Of a stretch of 64,000 bases of DNA, positions 26,321-36,574 are shown piece by piece. The stretch spans positions 64,001 through 128,000 of the IMG/VR virus record IMGVR_UViG_3300037067_011302. One strand, written 5' to 3'. This DNA comes from a virus (Duplodnaviria > Caudoviricetes). How positions within the stretch are numbered: the stretch's first letter is position 1; the number at the start of each line of letters is the position of its first letter. The position numbers were made by a program, and so were the translations under genes. The notes under the pieces are model-generated. The model ran no database searches. It saw nothing but the letters and a program-made list of their open reading frames with translations, and was not told where the DNA came from.

Positions 26321-29300
26321 ATTGCACCGACGCATCCTTTTCATTCTTAAAGATCTCAATCACGGTGTCGGCGACATCCTTGATTCCATCAACGTGTGTG
26401 ACGACAATGATTGACTTAAAGTACCTCTTCAACGACGTCAACAGGCGATTACAGGCCTCGATGCCAGACTCGTCCAACGCACTGAAACCTTCATCAATGA
26501 TGAAGAAGTCTGTCTTTGGAAGTGTCGACACGTTGATCAGTGCCACTCTGATCGCAATCGACGCAATCATCTTTTCCATTCCTGATGCCAACTCAATGAT
26601 CCGACGACTGTCACCGTAGTTGATGTACACGTCAAGCGAATCGCTCTCCTCATCAGATTCAAGTTCAATTACGAAGTCAACGATTCCCTGCAGGATCGAC
26701 GCAATCTCACCGTTGATGATCGGAAGCTGTGCGGCAATGATCCTACCAGGAACACCGTGCCTAGAAAATGCTTGAACTATGAGCTCATGACACTTCATCC
26801 GCTGCAACAATGCCGAATGTGCCTTCTTGTCTGAGACACACTTATCAATCGCTGCCTTCGCGCGACCAACATCCTTCGCCGCGGCGACCTTCGCGTCATC
26901 GACTTCCTTTGCTGAGGCAATCAATGTCGCCAGATCGTTCTTCAACGAATTCACTCGCTCTATCGCGGCGCTGTCAAATGCCCGCTCGAGCCTACTCAAC
27001 TCATCTCTCGCAACGATCAACGACGATTTCGTCTCCCCGAGCGCCGTCTCGAGGCGATTAATGTCGATTGTACGCTGCATCGCGTCCATGTGCAGCTTAG
27101 CAACCTTCTTGCCCAACGTTTCAACGCGCTCCAACTTGACATCAACTTCATCTCCCTCCAAATCTTCAAGCGCATTTGAAGCAACATTCAGTGCGTTGAG
27201 TGCATCATCGGCCAATTTTCTCTGTTCATCCAATCGTCCCTTGATCGCGTATGCATCCTTGATGAACCTACACGTCGGATATTCATCACCGCACGGAACG
27301 GTGTCCAACACTGCGGTTGAATTCTCGTATCCTCGTAGGACGGATTGTTCCTTTTCACACGCATGTCGTAACTTTTCAATCGTTGAACGTGCGTTGACCA
27401 ACAAAGAACTACGTCTCTTCAAGTCGTCAACGTCGTACGATTTTAACTCATCTGAAAGAACGTCGATCGACGACACCATCGTTTCATGTTGATTTTTCAT
27501 CGCACCGAGGATCAAAGAAGCCTTCTCCTCTCGCTCCTCCAACGAACGCACGGTGGCGCGCTGCGACTTCACCTGTTCTGAGCGAACTGGAATGATTGTG
27601 CATTGATCCAACGACCTCTTGACAGAATCAATCTGATCACGAAGAGAATCGTGTTCCAACGTCTTTTGCTCAATCAGGTCATCGCACATCACAATCTTGT
27701 CGTGAAGGCTCTTCTCCAGTGAGCTCCAATCACGTTCAGGAATGCCCTTCAATAATCCCTTGACGATGTTGATCTCTTCCTTCGATTGACCGTGGAGCGC
27801 CTGAAATACGTCAAGGTCCAAAAATCTCACCACGATCTGACGACGTTTTGTTGAACCATGATTTATGAACAACTTCAGGTCGTCCTGTGCAGACAATGAC
27901 GTGAGCACAAAGTCGTCGAACGTGCCAATCAACTTCCTGATCACCTTCTCTGTGTCATACCTCTGCTCGCCGTTGAGGTCGACTAACTCTCCGTTGACGA
28001 TCCTGAAGACGTTCAGTGCGGTGTTCGAATAGACGACGCCCTTCTTTGATTCCGTCTTCGTCGTCTGACGTTCAATCACGTAATCTTGTCCGCCGACGTT
28101 CAACACGCAGCGAGCAAGGCAATATGGCTTTCTAGCGTTTATGATGTGAACATTCTTCATGCACCCACGGTCGGTTCCATTGAACAATGCATACGTCAAC
28201 GAACCGACCAACGACGATTTTCCTATCCTATTTGGACCGAACACGCCGACGATTCCTCGTAGGGCATCAAACTCGATGAAGTTTCCTTCACCATACGCAA
28301 ATGTGTTGTCGAATTCCAAACGTTTCAATGACCACGATGTATTCCTCAACACGTCCTGGTCGTTGACTGCAACCAAATTTGCATTGATGATCGCTGACGT
28401 TGACTCCCACTCATCATCATTAACGTCAGCATTCGCGTGAAATTCCTTCAGCAACTTCACCAACACGTCAACGCTTCGTAGGTCATCCTTCTTTAGGACC
28501 ATCGTGTCCATTGCAATGACCGAACTTCGCTGCACGTCGTCGCACTTGAACGTAACCTCTGAAACGTCCAGTGCATTCTTCAATTCATGAGTGACATTGA
28601 CGGCTTCCTTGTGCCTCAATGATTCATGGCTTGAGATCCTCACGCGGCTCTTTGCAGGAAACTTTCCCTGTGAATACGCAATCGTGGCGGCAGCGCTTCC
28701 CTGCCACGGAACGGTGACGTACGGACGATCGTTCGGCAATTCAACGAATGACACATCGTACGTTGAATTGTCCTTGATGTCCCACAACAGGTAGCCGTGT
28801 TCGATCGACTCACCGTAAGAATTCTGCATGAATGAACCAGGATACGCAACGTTTGGAACAACAACATTCACTCGCTTTCCATCGACGATCCTAACCTGTT
28901 CTCTCTCTGACAAGAATTGCTTCCTGTGAATGTCGCCCAACATCGCACATGTGTATTCACTGAAGAAATCGGACGTCATCTCCGACTCAACCTTCCAATC
29001 GATGTCCAACTTAGCACCAGCGACCGGACCGTGATAGCACGCAATGTTTACCTGATCCGGTTCTGGATAAACGTTCTTCCAACCTTCGAGGTCAAACACG
29101 CTGAACACACACCAATTGAACCCACGTTCGAATTCATACACGCCGCTCTTCTTGTACATGTGTATGCGTGGATTTCCCAATAGGTCAATGATCGGCGACA
29201 CAGCGTCCTGTCGACAAGCATTGCTGCAGATGCCATCGTGGTTGCCGAGTATAAAGTGAACCGGCGCAGCATCCGCCAACGACTTCAACCACCAACTCAT

Positions 29301-29480
29301 GAAGTCAATGTATTCAGGAGAGATGTTCTGCGTCTTTGTGTGATAGATGTCACCTGCTATGTAGATGGCATCGACCTTCTTTTTTGTCACGTCATCGATG
29401 AACGCTTCAGTGACCGACTTCACTTCGTCATGACGAGATAACGAGCGAATGTGTATGTCTGCGGCGTGGGCAATCAACAT
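26313..29480 (-). CDS. Fused Mre11/SbcD nuclease + Rad50/SbcC ATPase (gp47-gp46-like)
   Basis: ADIH, AGDIYH, GNHD, GDIH, YPGS; Walker A GPNRIGKSS; coiled coil; ASGME; IIDEGFSALD; VTH. Confidence 0.93.
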   Translation of the reverse strand: MLIAHAADIHIRSLSRHDEVKSVTEAFIDDVTKKKVDAIYIAGDIYHTKTQNISPEYIDFMSWWLKSLADAAPVHFILGNHDGICSNACRQDAVSPIIDLLGNPRIHMYKKSGVYEFERGFNWCVFSVFDLEGWKNVYPEPDQVNIACYHGPVAGAKLDIDWKVESEMTSDFFSEYTCAMLGDIHRKQFLSEREQVRIVDGKRVNVVVPNVAYPGSFMQNSYGESIEHGYLLWDIKDNSTYDVSFVELPNDRPYVTVPWQGSAAATIAYSQGKFPAKSRVRISSHESLRHKEAVNVTHELKNALDVSEVTFKCDDVQRSSVIAMDTMVLKKDDLRSVDVLVKLLKEFHANADVNDDEWESTSAIINANLVAVNDQDVLRNTSWSLKRLEFDNTFAYGEGNFIEFDALRGIVGVFGPNRIGKSSLVGSLTYALFNGTDRGCMKNVHIINARKPYCLARCVLNVGGQDYVIERQTTKTESKKGVVYSNTALNVFRIVNGELVDLNGEQRYDTEKVIRKLIGTFDDFVLTSLSAQDDLKLFINHGSTKRRQIVVRFLDLDVFQALHGQSKEEINIVKGLLKGIPERDWSSLEKSLHDKIVMCDDLIEQKTLEHDSLRDQIDSVKRSLDQCTIIPVRSEQVKSQRATVRSLEEREEKASLILGAMKNQHETMVSSIDVLSDELKSYDVDDLKRRSSLLVNARSTIEKLRHACEKEQSVLRGYENSTAVLDTVPCGDEYPTCRFIKDAYAIKGRLDEQRKLADDALNALNVASNALEDLEGDEVDVKLERVETLGKKVAKLHMDAMQRTIDINRLETALGETKSSLIVARDELSRLERAFDSAAIERVNSLKNDLATLIASAKEVDDAKVAAAKDVGRAKAAIDKCVSDKKAHSALLQRMKCHELIVQAFSRHGVPGRIIAAQLPIINGEIASILQGIVDFVIELESDEESDSLDVYINYGDSRRIIELASGMEKMIASIAIRVALINVSTLPKTDFFIIDEGFSALDESGIEACNRLLTSLKRYFKSIIVVTHVDGIKDVADTVIEIFKNEKDASVQYG

Positions 29481-29490
29481 TCAAATTTCC

Positions 29491-30459
29491 TCACCTGATC
29501 TTTAGATTGACGTGTACTGCATTCGACAATCGATCCATGAACGAGTCAATCCACACTGGGGACTTTGCTTCATTGAGCGCCTCAGCAAATCGCTGCTTCG
29601 ACACATTGCCAGGATCTCCGAGTTCGCGCGTGTCGACCACCTTCACGTCAATGTCATATTCCAAGAATTTTGCAACGATCCGCGGCGTCTTCGTGTACCA
29701 CATGTCACCGTCCAGTGCCAACGCGACGGGTGTCTTGTTCACAAGAATCTCATTGAACAAGGCGTATTCCTCGTTGATGTCAGAACCAAGCAGTGGCACG
29801 ACGTTGTCACCGCACTTGAACATGTCGAACGTTCCCTCACAGAGGACCAATCGCTGCGCCCAATCAACGTTGAGCTCATTGAAGACAAGTGACGTCCTCT
29901 CGGTCACAAATGGGTTGTCGTACTTCGGCCAACGACTGTCATCTATTGCCCTACCGACGAAGTAGTTTAGCTTTCCCGTTTTATCGTAGGATGGTATGAG
30001 CACGCGCCGGCGCCAGTGACTCTCATCAGAAAAACCAACCTTGTAGAGCCACAGTTCACGTTCAGTGACACCACGCTTCGTGAGGTACCTCAACATCGCA
30101 CGAGCGTCAGGATCATTCGACGTGACGAGTAGCTTAAAGTCCGACGGAAGCGATACCTCGTGCTTCTCCGGTTCAACTGTCTTCACGTTAGCGAGGTGAG
30201 GAGCAAAACGTTGAACGTATTCGTTGTATTGATCGTATGTACAATATTTTTTGACAAGAGGGGCGATTGTACGTGCACGATAGCCACACACCCAACAGTG
30301 CGTCCTCTCATCGTCTGTCCTGATCGCCAACTTACGTTTTTGCTTGTCACTCGACGCGCAGATGGGACACCAGACGGTCGCATTCAATCCGTCACGAGAA
30401 ATGTGTGCCTTTCCGAAACATCGTTCAATAAATCGCAGCTTTTCGGTGACGCTCAGCAC
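29491..30459 (-). CDS. DNA primase (DnaG/gp61-like)
   Basis: CPIC..HCWVC zinc domain; YL.KRG; TOPRIM CEGTFD and ALDGD. Confidence 0.9.
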   Translation of the reverse strand: MLSVTEKLRFIERCFGKAHISRDGLNATVWCPICASSDKQKRKLAIRTDDERTHCWVCGYRARTIAPLVKKYCTYDQYNEYVQRFAPHLANVKTVEPEKHEVSLPSDFKLLVTSNDPDARAMLRYLTKRGVTERELWLYKVGFSDESHWRRRVLIPSYDKTGKLNYFVGRAIDDSRWPKYDNPFVTERTSLVFNELNVDWAQRLVLCEGTFDMFKCGDNVVPLLGSDINEEYALFNEILVNKTPVALALDGDMWYTKTPRIVAKFLEYDIDVKVVDTRELGDPGNVSKQRFAEALNEAKSPVWIDSFMDRLSNAVHVNLKIR

Positions 30460-30480
30460 ACATTCATTCTATCACATTTC

Positions 30481-31032
30481 TCATTCACCGTTCAACAGGC
30501 GAATCATGCCCGCCTTGGCAATGACATACGCATCGACCTCATCGTGTGACCAATCGACAAACTTTTCACTGTTCCTCTTCTTCGGCCACACAACGTTTGA
30601 CAGTTCATTCGCCGAGATGTGTTGAAAGACCTGTTCCTTGTGATCGATTCCACACTTCTTCTTGTTCTGCAGCTTGACTCCACACGCCTTTCTGGCTGTG
30701 GGTGCCGCAATGTACGCAGGATCGACAAGGAACGTCTGCCTTGCAAAGTAACTGACGAGACCGTTGAACTTCGACAACGTCGTGAGCGTGGCGGCACTGG
30801 AGAATCCAGGCCTGAACGATTGAAGAGATTCCTCAATGAACACGTCAGTCACGCCGGACGCAAATGATGCCTTCGCACTTACGAAGTACTCCATGATGAG
30901 GTCAGCCTTGTCCCACAACGTGTTACACTTCGACAACGACACGTGATCTAATTTCACAACGTTAAATGATTCGTCAATGACGCAGATACCAGTGCACGTC
31001 GTCGAAACATCAAGACCAAGAACAACTCTCAT
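30481..31032 (-). CDS. RuvC-like Holliday junction resolvase
   Basis: LGLDVSTTCTG; FIEE; DEVDAYVIA. Confidence 0.85.
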   Translation of the reverse strand: MRVVLGLDVSTTCTGICVIDESFNVVKLDHVSLSKCNTLWDKADLIMEYFVSAKASFASGVTDVFIEESLQSFRPGFSSAATLTTLSKFNGLVSYFARQTFLVDPAYIAAPTARKACGVKLQNKKKCGIDHKEQVFQHISANELSNVVWPKKRNSEKFVDWSHDEVDAYVIAKAGMIRLLNGE

Positions 31033-31074
31033 GAGTCGACTATATCACTTCACGTGACACACGGTGCCGCCGAC

Positions 31075-31482
31075 TCACAGGACCCCAAGACCCTTCAACT
31101 CATGTTCGGTGATCACTTCCAGGGTACACTGGTGTTCACTGCACCACTGTTTGGCCGCCTCGGTCTTCTTCATCACCTTGGCATGGGCCAACTTGTTCGA
31201 AGGCTTGATTTCGACTAGACGATCCTCACCAGATGCGTAGTGAATGAGAAAATCAGGGAAGTATCTCTTGAGCGAGCCGGTGCGCACGTTGGACACGTAC
31301 ATGATTATGACCTTCTCGTACTCATAAGACGTGACCGTCGGGTCTTCGTCCAAATACTTCATGTAGGCGAGCTCCCATGACGAACGATAGGCACACTCGC
31401 CTGCCTTCGGAGACACGTGGATTCCTGTCTTGTAGTGACCCTTACGGGGCTTCTTACGAGGTCTCGTTTTTTTCGTTGCCAT
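31075..31482 (-). CDS. Head-completion nuclease (T4 gp4/TnsA-like)
   Basis: YRSSWE; YFPDF; VEIKP; ITE. Confidence 0.8.
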   Translation of the reverse strand: MATKKTRPRKKPRKGHYKTGIHVSPKAGECAYRSSWELAYMKYLDEDPTVTSYEYEKVIIMYVSNVRTGSLKRYFPDFLIHYASGEDRLVEIKPSNKLAHAKVMKKTEAAKQWCSEHQCTLEVITEHELKGLGVL

Positions 31483-31512
31483 GTCAAGATCCTATGTCAC
31501 GGCACGTCACTT

Positions 31513-33987
31513 TCAAAAATCGTGCCTGATCGTGAACTTGATCTTCGACCCGGTCCTCTTGATGATGGGCTGTGCCAGCTGTGACTTCATCACAACGTTC
31601 ATGTTGTCGTCGTGGAAGTTAATGCCGGTGATGTAGACAAAATTTTCGTCAGGATCGTTCGGGTATGCCGACGGAGGAACGTCAACGTAGTTCAAGTTTG
31701 ATGAAGAGTTGAGTTGATTTGCCGGAGCGATCACGTCCAACCTCATGACGTGTATGTTCTGCTCACCCCTAAAGCTCAATTCGTAGCCCTCCTTGCCGAA
31801 GAAGTACAGGTGTGGGCTCTTGATCGCAATGATTCCTTCGTCATAGAACACCGTTCCGACAGCGTTCCAGGTCGACGCTGACGTCACACAGTCAGCCCTG
31901 TACAACGTTCCTCGACCGTCGTCCTTCAACGTGATTCCGAACGCATCATCAGAACCGTACAACGACGAATCTTTCAACGTGACGCTGCCAGGTAGGATCC
32001 TCTTGCCGTAGAAGATGTTGCTGATGTCGAAGAACGTCACCTGATTCGACGATGAATCACGAGTGCGTTGGTAGATCGTCAGCGGAGCACCCTTCTGAAT
32101 TCCCGGATCGTACGTTCCTAATGCAACTTCCTTCGACACTTGATCGGCGTAATTGTCATACGCTGTGCCGGCGACCTTTCCAGGATTCTCTGGAGAGAAA
32201 CCAACGATCGCGTCCACGAGTTCGGAATCCTCGTCAAAATCGCTGCCGAATAGCAATGACGACGTGAGCAACATGTTCCCTATGTTGACGAAGCTAAGTT
32301 CCTGGACGCCAAAGTCATCGACGATCGAAGAACGATTACTCTCTGAGGCCAACAACGAAAATTGTGGAACGAACAGACCGTCATCGCAGGGCAACAACAT
32401 CAAGTTCCTGTACTTGACGAACGGTTGATCGTACAAGAATTCATTCGCGCCCGCAGAAACTGTGGTGTTCACCAACGCAACGCCGGTGAGGTGATGAAGT
32501 CGTGGGTGCGTACCGTTCGCAAAGTCCCTGACGTAGTTCTCGAGGTTGATGTAGTGACCGTTCACACCGAACGACATCGCAACGTTGAAAGGATCGTTCG
32601 TCGAACCATCGACCTCAAAGAACGGCGTCTGCAGCACGCCACCGTGCGTTCCGACGAACTGCCTGAACGGACTGTCCTCAACGAAGAACGGAGGAACGTA
32701 AAATGCTATTCTGTCGGGATCAATGTACGTCAAACCGACCGACGCCGACTGAACGATGTCAAGGTCCGACATGTAGTAGCGTTTGATGCTTAGATCATGA
32801 AGTTCAGCGTTCAACGGATTCGTGAAATCATAGTCTGCATCCGCCGGACCTTCATATCCGGCCTCAGTATTCAACACCTCAAGCCCATCACGCGTTGATG
32901 GATCCTCGGAAAAGAAGTATGACAATGAACCAGTTCCAAGATTGTTGCCTTGAAAGTAATTGCCGATGCACAACACATCAGGAGACGACGGACCACCGGC
33001 CGGAAATTCAAGCGGCGCGATAGTACTGGATGGAACGAGGAATTCTCCCTCATCGACTCCGTCAACATTGAACGAACCAGTTCCACCGTTGACGAGCGAC
33101 GTGCCCCACCTGACGATGACGTGGTGCCACCGGTTCCACTTCAACGAATTGTCGTTCGACAAGAACGTTAAATCATTTGGATACGTTCCAGTCGTTGCCA
33201 ACGAAGGCATCACGTCGGCACTGTGACTCAATTGAAGTTGCAACCTGAATCCGGTGACAAGACCATTGTGATCCTTTCCTGAACCTGTGACCAACGACAG
33301 AGCGTACGTCGATGACAGGTGAAAGATCGTGCCAGCGTTGAACGTAATTCCTAGACGCTCCGGTCGACGACTTGGCTTGACGTAGAAATCAAAACTAAAC
33401 GCACCTGACGGCACGTACACTCCGCTGACGTACCCAACGTGTGATGGACCACCGACGATGTTTGGATACAACAGTGCCGCCGTCGTGGGAACTCCAGAAG
33501 ACGTGAAGAAGTTGAGACAATTGTAATTCGTGTACGCCCAATGTGCTGATGGGTACGACACACGGTAGTATTGTGACAGAATGTCCTTGATGACGAGCTT
33601 TTTTACGGTGTTCGTCGTCCACGTGACCGTCGGCGTGAACCTCGCAACGTCGATCGACTTTTGTTTCCTAACGCTGGTCTGCTGTGCATTTACCTTCGTG
33701 AGGTACGAGTCCAACATTCCTTCGAATGAAGCGCTCATTGAACCGGTGACGTACGCGTACTTTCCCTTCTGCTGCACGACCCGTAACAACGTTTCGAGGT
33801 CAGAATCATCGTGCGTGCTCTCAATGAACGACGATAGAGGTGCCATCTCCTTCTCAATGCTCGATCGACGAGGAAAGACATAGACAGAACCGGTCGCGCC
33901 GGCAGAACTAGTGACGTACGTCCTGAACGGATTTGTGACGACCGTGACGGTGCTGACGTCACCTGGATTGACTCGATAGATCGACAT
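31513..33987 (-). CDS. Tail/baseplate-type virion protein with ConA/LamG-like domain
   Basis: WHHVIVRW...NVDG; C-terminal LAQPIIKR...DF related to the end of 34500-35714. Confidence 0.7.
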   Translation of the reverse strand: MSIYRVNPGDVSTVTVVTNPFRTYVTSSAGATGSVYVFPRRSSIEKEMAPLSSFIESTHDDSDLETLLRVVQQKGKYAYVTGSMSASFEGMLDSYLTKVNAQQTSVRKQKSIDVARFTPTVTWTTNTVKKLVIKDILSQYYRVSYPSAHWAYTNYNCLNFFTSSGVPTTAALLYPNIVGGPSHVGYVSGVYVPSGAFSFDFYVKPSRRPERLGITFNAGTIFHLSSTYALSLVTGSGKDHNGLVTGFRLQLQLSHSADVMPSLATTGTYPNDLTFLSNDNSLKWNRWHHVIVRWGTSLVNGGTGSFNVDGVDEGEFLVPSSTIAPLEFPAGGPSSPDVLCIGNYFQGNNLGTGSLSYFFSEDPSTRDGLEVLNTEAGYEGPADADYDFTNPLNAELHDLSIKRYYMSDLDIVQSASVGLTYIDPDRIAFYVPPFFVEDSPFRQFVGTHGGVLQTPFFEVDGSTNDPFNVAMSFGVNGHYINLENYVRDFANGTHPRLHHLTGVALVNTTVSAGANEFLYDQPFVKYRNLMLLPCDDGLFVPQFSLLASESNRSSIVDDFGVQELSFVNIGNMLLTSSLLFGSDFDEDSELVDAIVGFSPENPGKVAGTAYDNYADQVSKEVALGTYDPGIQKGAPLTIYQRTRDSSSNQVTFFDISNIFYGKRILPGSVTLKDSSLYGSDDAFGITLKDDGRGTLYRADCVTSASTWNAVGTVFYDEGIIAIKSPHLYFFGKEGYELSFRGEQNIHVMRLDVIAPANQLNSSSNLNYVDVPPSAYPNDPDENFVYITGINFHDDNMNVVMKSQLAQPIIKRTGSKIKFTIRHDF

Positions 33988-34009
33988 CGATTAAATCTAT
34001 TCTACAACG

Positions 34010-34252
34010 TCAAACATCGTTCATAAACATCCAAAGCTTGTCGCTGAGGAGTGAATACGTGTCTGAATTGAGATCCTTCAGCACAGCATCGAGCGTTGTC
34101 AGCGCCTCACGGCGTTGCTGAGCACTCATTGACCTGTACTGGAGAATGAACGCAAGCACTTGCTTCCTAATGTCTTCACAGAACTTGTCGATCGCACTCC
34201 TGAACACAAAGTCAGGAATGAATCCCAGGACGTCCTCGTTTAGCTTCTCCAT
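34010..34252 (-). CDS. Hypothetical helical protein
   Basis: 80-aa ORF; LNE near the N-terminus. Confidence 0.55.
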   Translation of the reverse strand: MEKLNEDVLGFIPDFVFRSAIDKFCEDIRKQVLAFILQYRSMSAQQRREALTTLDAVLKDLNSDTYSLLSDKLWMFMNDV

Positions 34253-34274
34253 GAATCGAAATAGGCGGCGGGCA

Positions 34275-34480
34275 CCGCTTAGTCACTCGAAGAGCGTTCT
34301 ACAAATGACGCGTAGCGCCACTGTTGTTTGGCCCGTTCCGGCGAAGGATTTGCACTTCACGTGGCGATGAGAAAATATGGCGAACAATCATTCACAATTG
34401 AGTGCGTTGGAACGTTTGACGTTTTAGACGATGCGTTGAACGAGGAACAGGCATGGCACAAAAAACATCATACCACACCT
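34275..34480 (+). pseudogene. GIY-YIG homing endonuclease remnant
   Basis: SLEER...RH...LHVAMRKYGEQSFTIE...ALNEE..W; N-terminal GIY-YIG hairpin missing; frame disrupted. Confidence 0.6.
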
Positions 34481-34499
34481 GATTGCAATCGACGTCGGC

Positions 34500-35714
34500 T
34501 CAGAAATCGAGCCTTGCGCGGAGGGTCAGATCCCTCTCGTTGCTCTTTTCCACGGGCCTCGACAACTTCGCGACCGCCAACAGGTTGTCCTGAGAATCGT
34601 AGAGACCGAGCGTGGTGATGAACGTGAAGCTCTGCTGCACGTCCTCCTGACCGGCATCGATCACGACGATGCGATTGTCACTGTCAACGTACGTGGGATT
34701 TGCACTGTAATTAAATTCGTCGCTATTCGCACGGCAAAACACCAATGTGCTGTTGATGTTCGTCACGTTTTGGAACGTCAAGGCCGTCAACGAACCCGAC
34801 TGCATCCTGCACCCAGCGATGTGATCAATGATGTTGTCAACGGATGCGCTGACGATGAAGTCAGGAATGAACTTCGAACAATATTGCGTCTCCGTTCCCA
34901 CACCGCCGAGGACCGTGGTGCCCAACGTTGCCATGGCATCGATCGTTCCAGACATGAACTGCGATGCACTCGTGACCTTCTCAAGGTCGAGCACGATGAT
35001 GCCCCTATCGTAGAAGATGAGTCCAACCTCGTTGCTGGTGTTCGATGCGTCAACGATGTTTCCCACGGCACCACCAAATGCGGTGATCTTGTTCGTTGCT
35101 GCACCGATGTCAGTGTAGATCGCTGAACCTGAGATTGTCGTCGCACCGAGGTTCGGTCCCTTCGTGAAGTCGGACTCAAATTGATTGTACGATGCAGTCT
35201 GGTAGAACCTCATCGCAAACGTCTCACGCTTGACCTGATCCCTGGCGAACAAACGCTTGAAGCTGATGAACAGAGCAGCATCAATCTCGTCAGACGCTGT
35301 CGACGAATCGAACGGCGCCTTGAACACGGTGTCAGCATCGCCCAGCAGCGACGAGGCAAATTGCCTGTAGATGTCAAGCTTCTCGCGCATCATCAACGAC
35401 GACGATGGAAATAGCTCCTTGCCTGCCGCGTCGGTTCCCGTCTGAGCATTCGTGACGATCGTGCTGTCAGCGTTCAGGCCGACCGTGATGTCGAACACGG
35501 GATTTGATGCCTGGACTGTGAAGTCCTGATCATACACTGTTTGAAACAACGAAGACGTCACGCCAGGACATGAATTAGCTCCTGTTACAAAATGTTGATA
35601 TTTTCTTCGTGAAACTGAGGCACTCACGTCCTCCTGGAGCACGTCCACGAGTTGATTCAGAAATGAACGTACGCTCTTGATGTCTGATGCTAGGACTTCT
35701 TTGAATGTCGACAC
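34500..35714 (-). CDS. Tail/baseplate-type virion protein
   Basis: FCRA..DEFNYS.NPT; ITTLGLYD..NLLAVAKLSRPVEK..LDF. Confidence 0.7.
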   Translation of the reverse strand: MSTFKEVLASDIKSVRSFLNQLVDVLQEDVSASVSRRKYQHFVTGANSCPGVTSSLFQTVYDQDFTVQASNPVFDITVGLNADSTIVTNAQTGTDAAGKELFPSSSLMMREKLDIYRQFASSLLGDADTVFKAPFDSSTASDEIDAALFISFKRLFARDQVKRETFAMRFYQTASYNQFESDFTKGPNLGATTISGSAIYTDIGAATNKITAFGGAVGNIVDASNTSNEVGLIFYDRGIIVLDLEKVTSASQFMSGTIDAMATLGTTVLGGVGTETQYCSKFIPDFIVSASVDNIIDHIAGCRMQSGSLTALTFQNVTNINSTLVFCRANSDEFNYSANPTYVDSDNRIVVIDAGQEDVQQSFTFITTLGLYDSQDNLLAVAKLSRPVEKSNERDLTLRARLDF

Positions 35715-35788
35715 AATTTGCTCCGAATGATTTCTCGAATCTAACTAATCGGTGTGTGCTTATCGAAACCCGTCGACAAACATCGTCG

Positions 35789-36565
35789 TCAACCCAACCT
35801 CTCGACCATCGCATCGAACGTTCCCTTGTCACGTTCAATCACGACGAACCTTCTTCCCAGCTTCTTTGCCGCGAGCGCACACGTTCCAGAACCAGCAAAC
35901 GGATCGATGACCCACTCTTCCGGCTCAGTGTGCGTCTCAATCGGCACCTCGAACAATCGTTGAGGTTTTTGAGCAACGTGAACCTTTCCTCTGAACAGTT
36001 CATTCACGTCAGTCCAGACGTTGGTGCGACGATAGAACTCGCTCTTTGCCGGGTACTTCTTGTTGAACCCATCGTAGCCACGCTTCGTCTCCAACAATGG
36101 AACGTGAAACGTCCTCGGCTTCTTCACATCACCGCGTACAAAGTATGCCAACTCTTCCCTCGTGAAGAGGTAGTTGTGCGACAGTCCGTAAGCTCGGCGC
36201 TTTGACCACGTGATGAGGTTCGATAGCCTCAGCTCAGTGTGAAGCTCAACATTTACGAGATATCTGAAGAAAGGTCGAAACTCAGGTTTTCCTATTCCTC
36301 CCCAAACGTAGAAAGCGCCGCCCGGAAGCAATAAGTCAGTCCAAGAATTTGTCCATGACACCATCCACGCTGCAAAGTCTACGTCAACGTTCGCCTTGTC
36401 CCACTCCTCGTCAACGATGTTCCCGTAGGGTGGATCTGTGACGATCAATGGAACACACGTCGTTAGGCTTCTGACGAGGTCGATCACTTCCTTCGACGTT
36501 GAGTCTCCGTTGATCGCAACGCTACCATCAGAAAATGTCTGAGAACGAATGATCGGCACGCTCAT
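35789..36565 (-). CDS. DNA amino-methyltransferase, beta class
   Basis: TDPPY precedes H.AQKP and DPFAGSGT. Confidence 0.92.
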   Translation of the reverse strand: MSVPIIRSQTFSDGSVAINGDSTSKEVIDLVRSLTTCVPLIVTDPPYGNIVDEEWDKANVDVDFAAWMVSWTNSWTDLLLPGGAFYVWGGIGKPEFRPFFRYLVNVELHTELRLSNLITWSKRRAYGLSHNYLFTREELAYFVRGDVKKPRTFHVPLLETKRGYDGFNKKYPAKSEFYRRTNVWTDVNELFRGKVHVAQKPQRLFEVPIETHTEPEEWVIDPFAGSGTCALAAKKLGRRFVVIERDKGTFDAMVERLG

Positions 36566-36574
36566 TCGTTGATC

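Noticed and set aside
31075-31482. Tn7-like transposon (TnsA)
   Set aside because: No TnsB/TnsC or ends; matches the T4 gp4-type head-completion nuclease context
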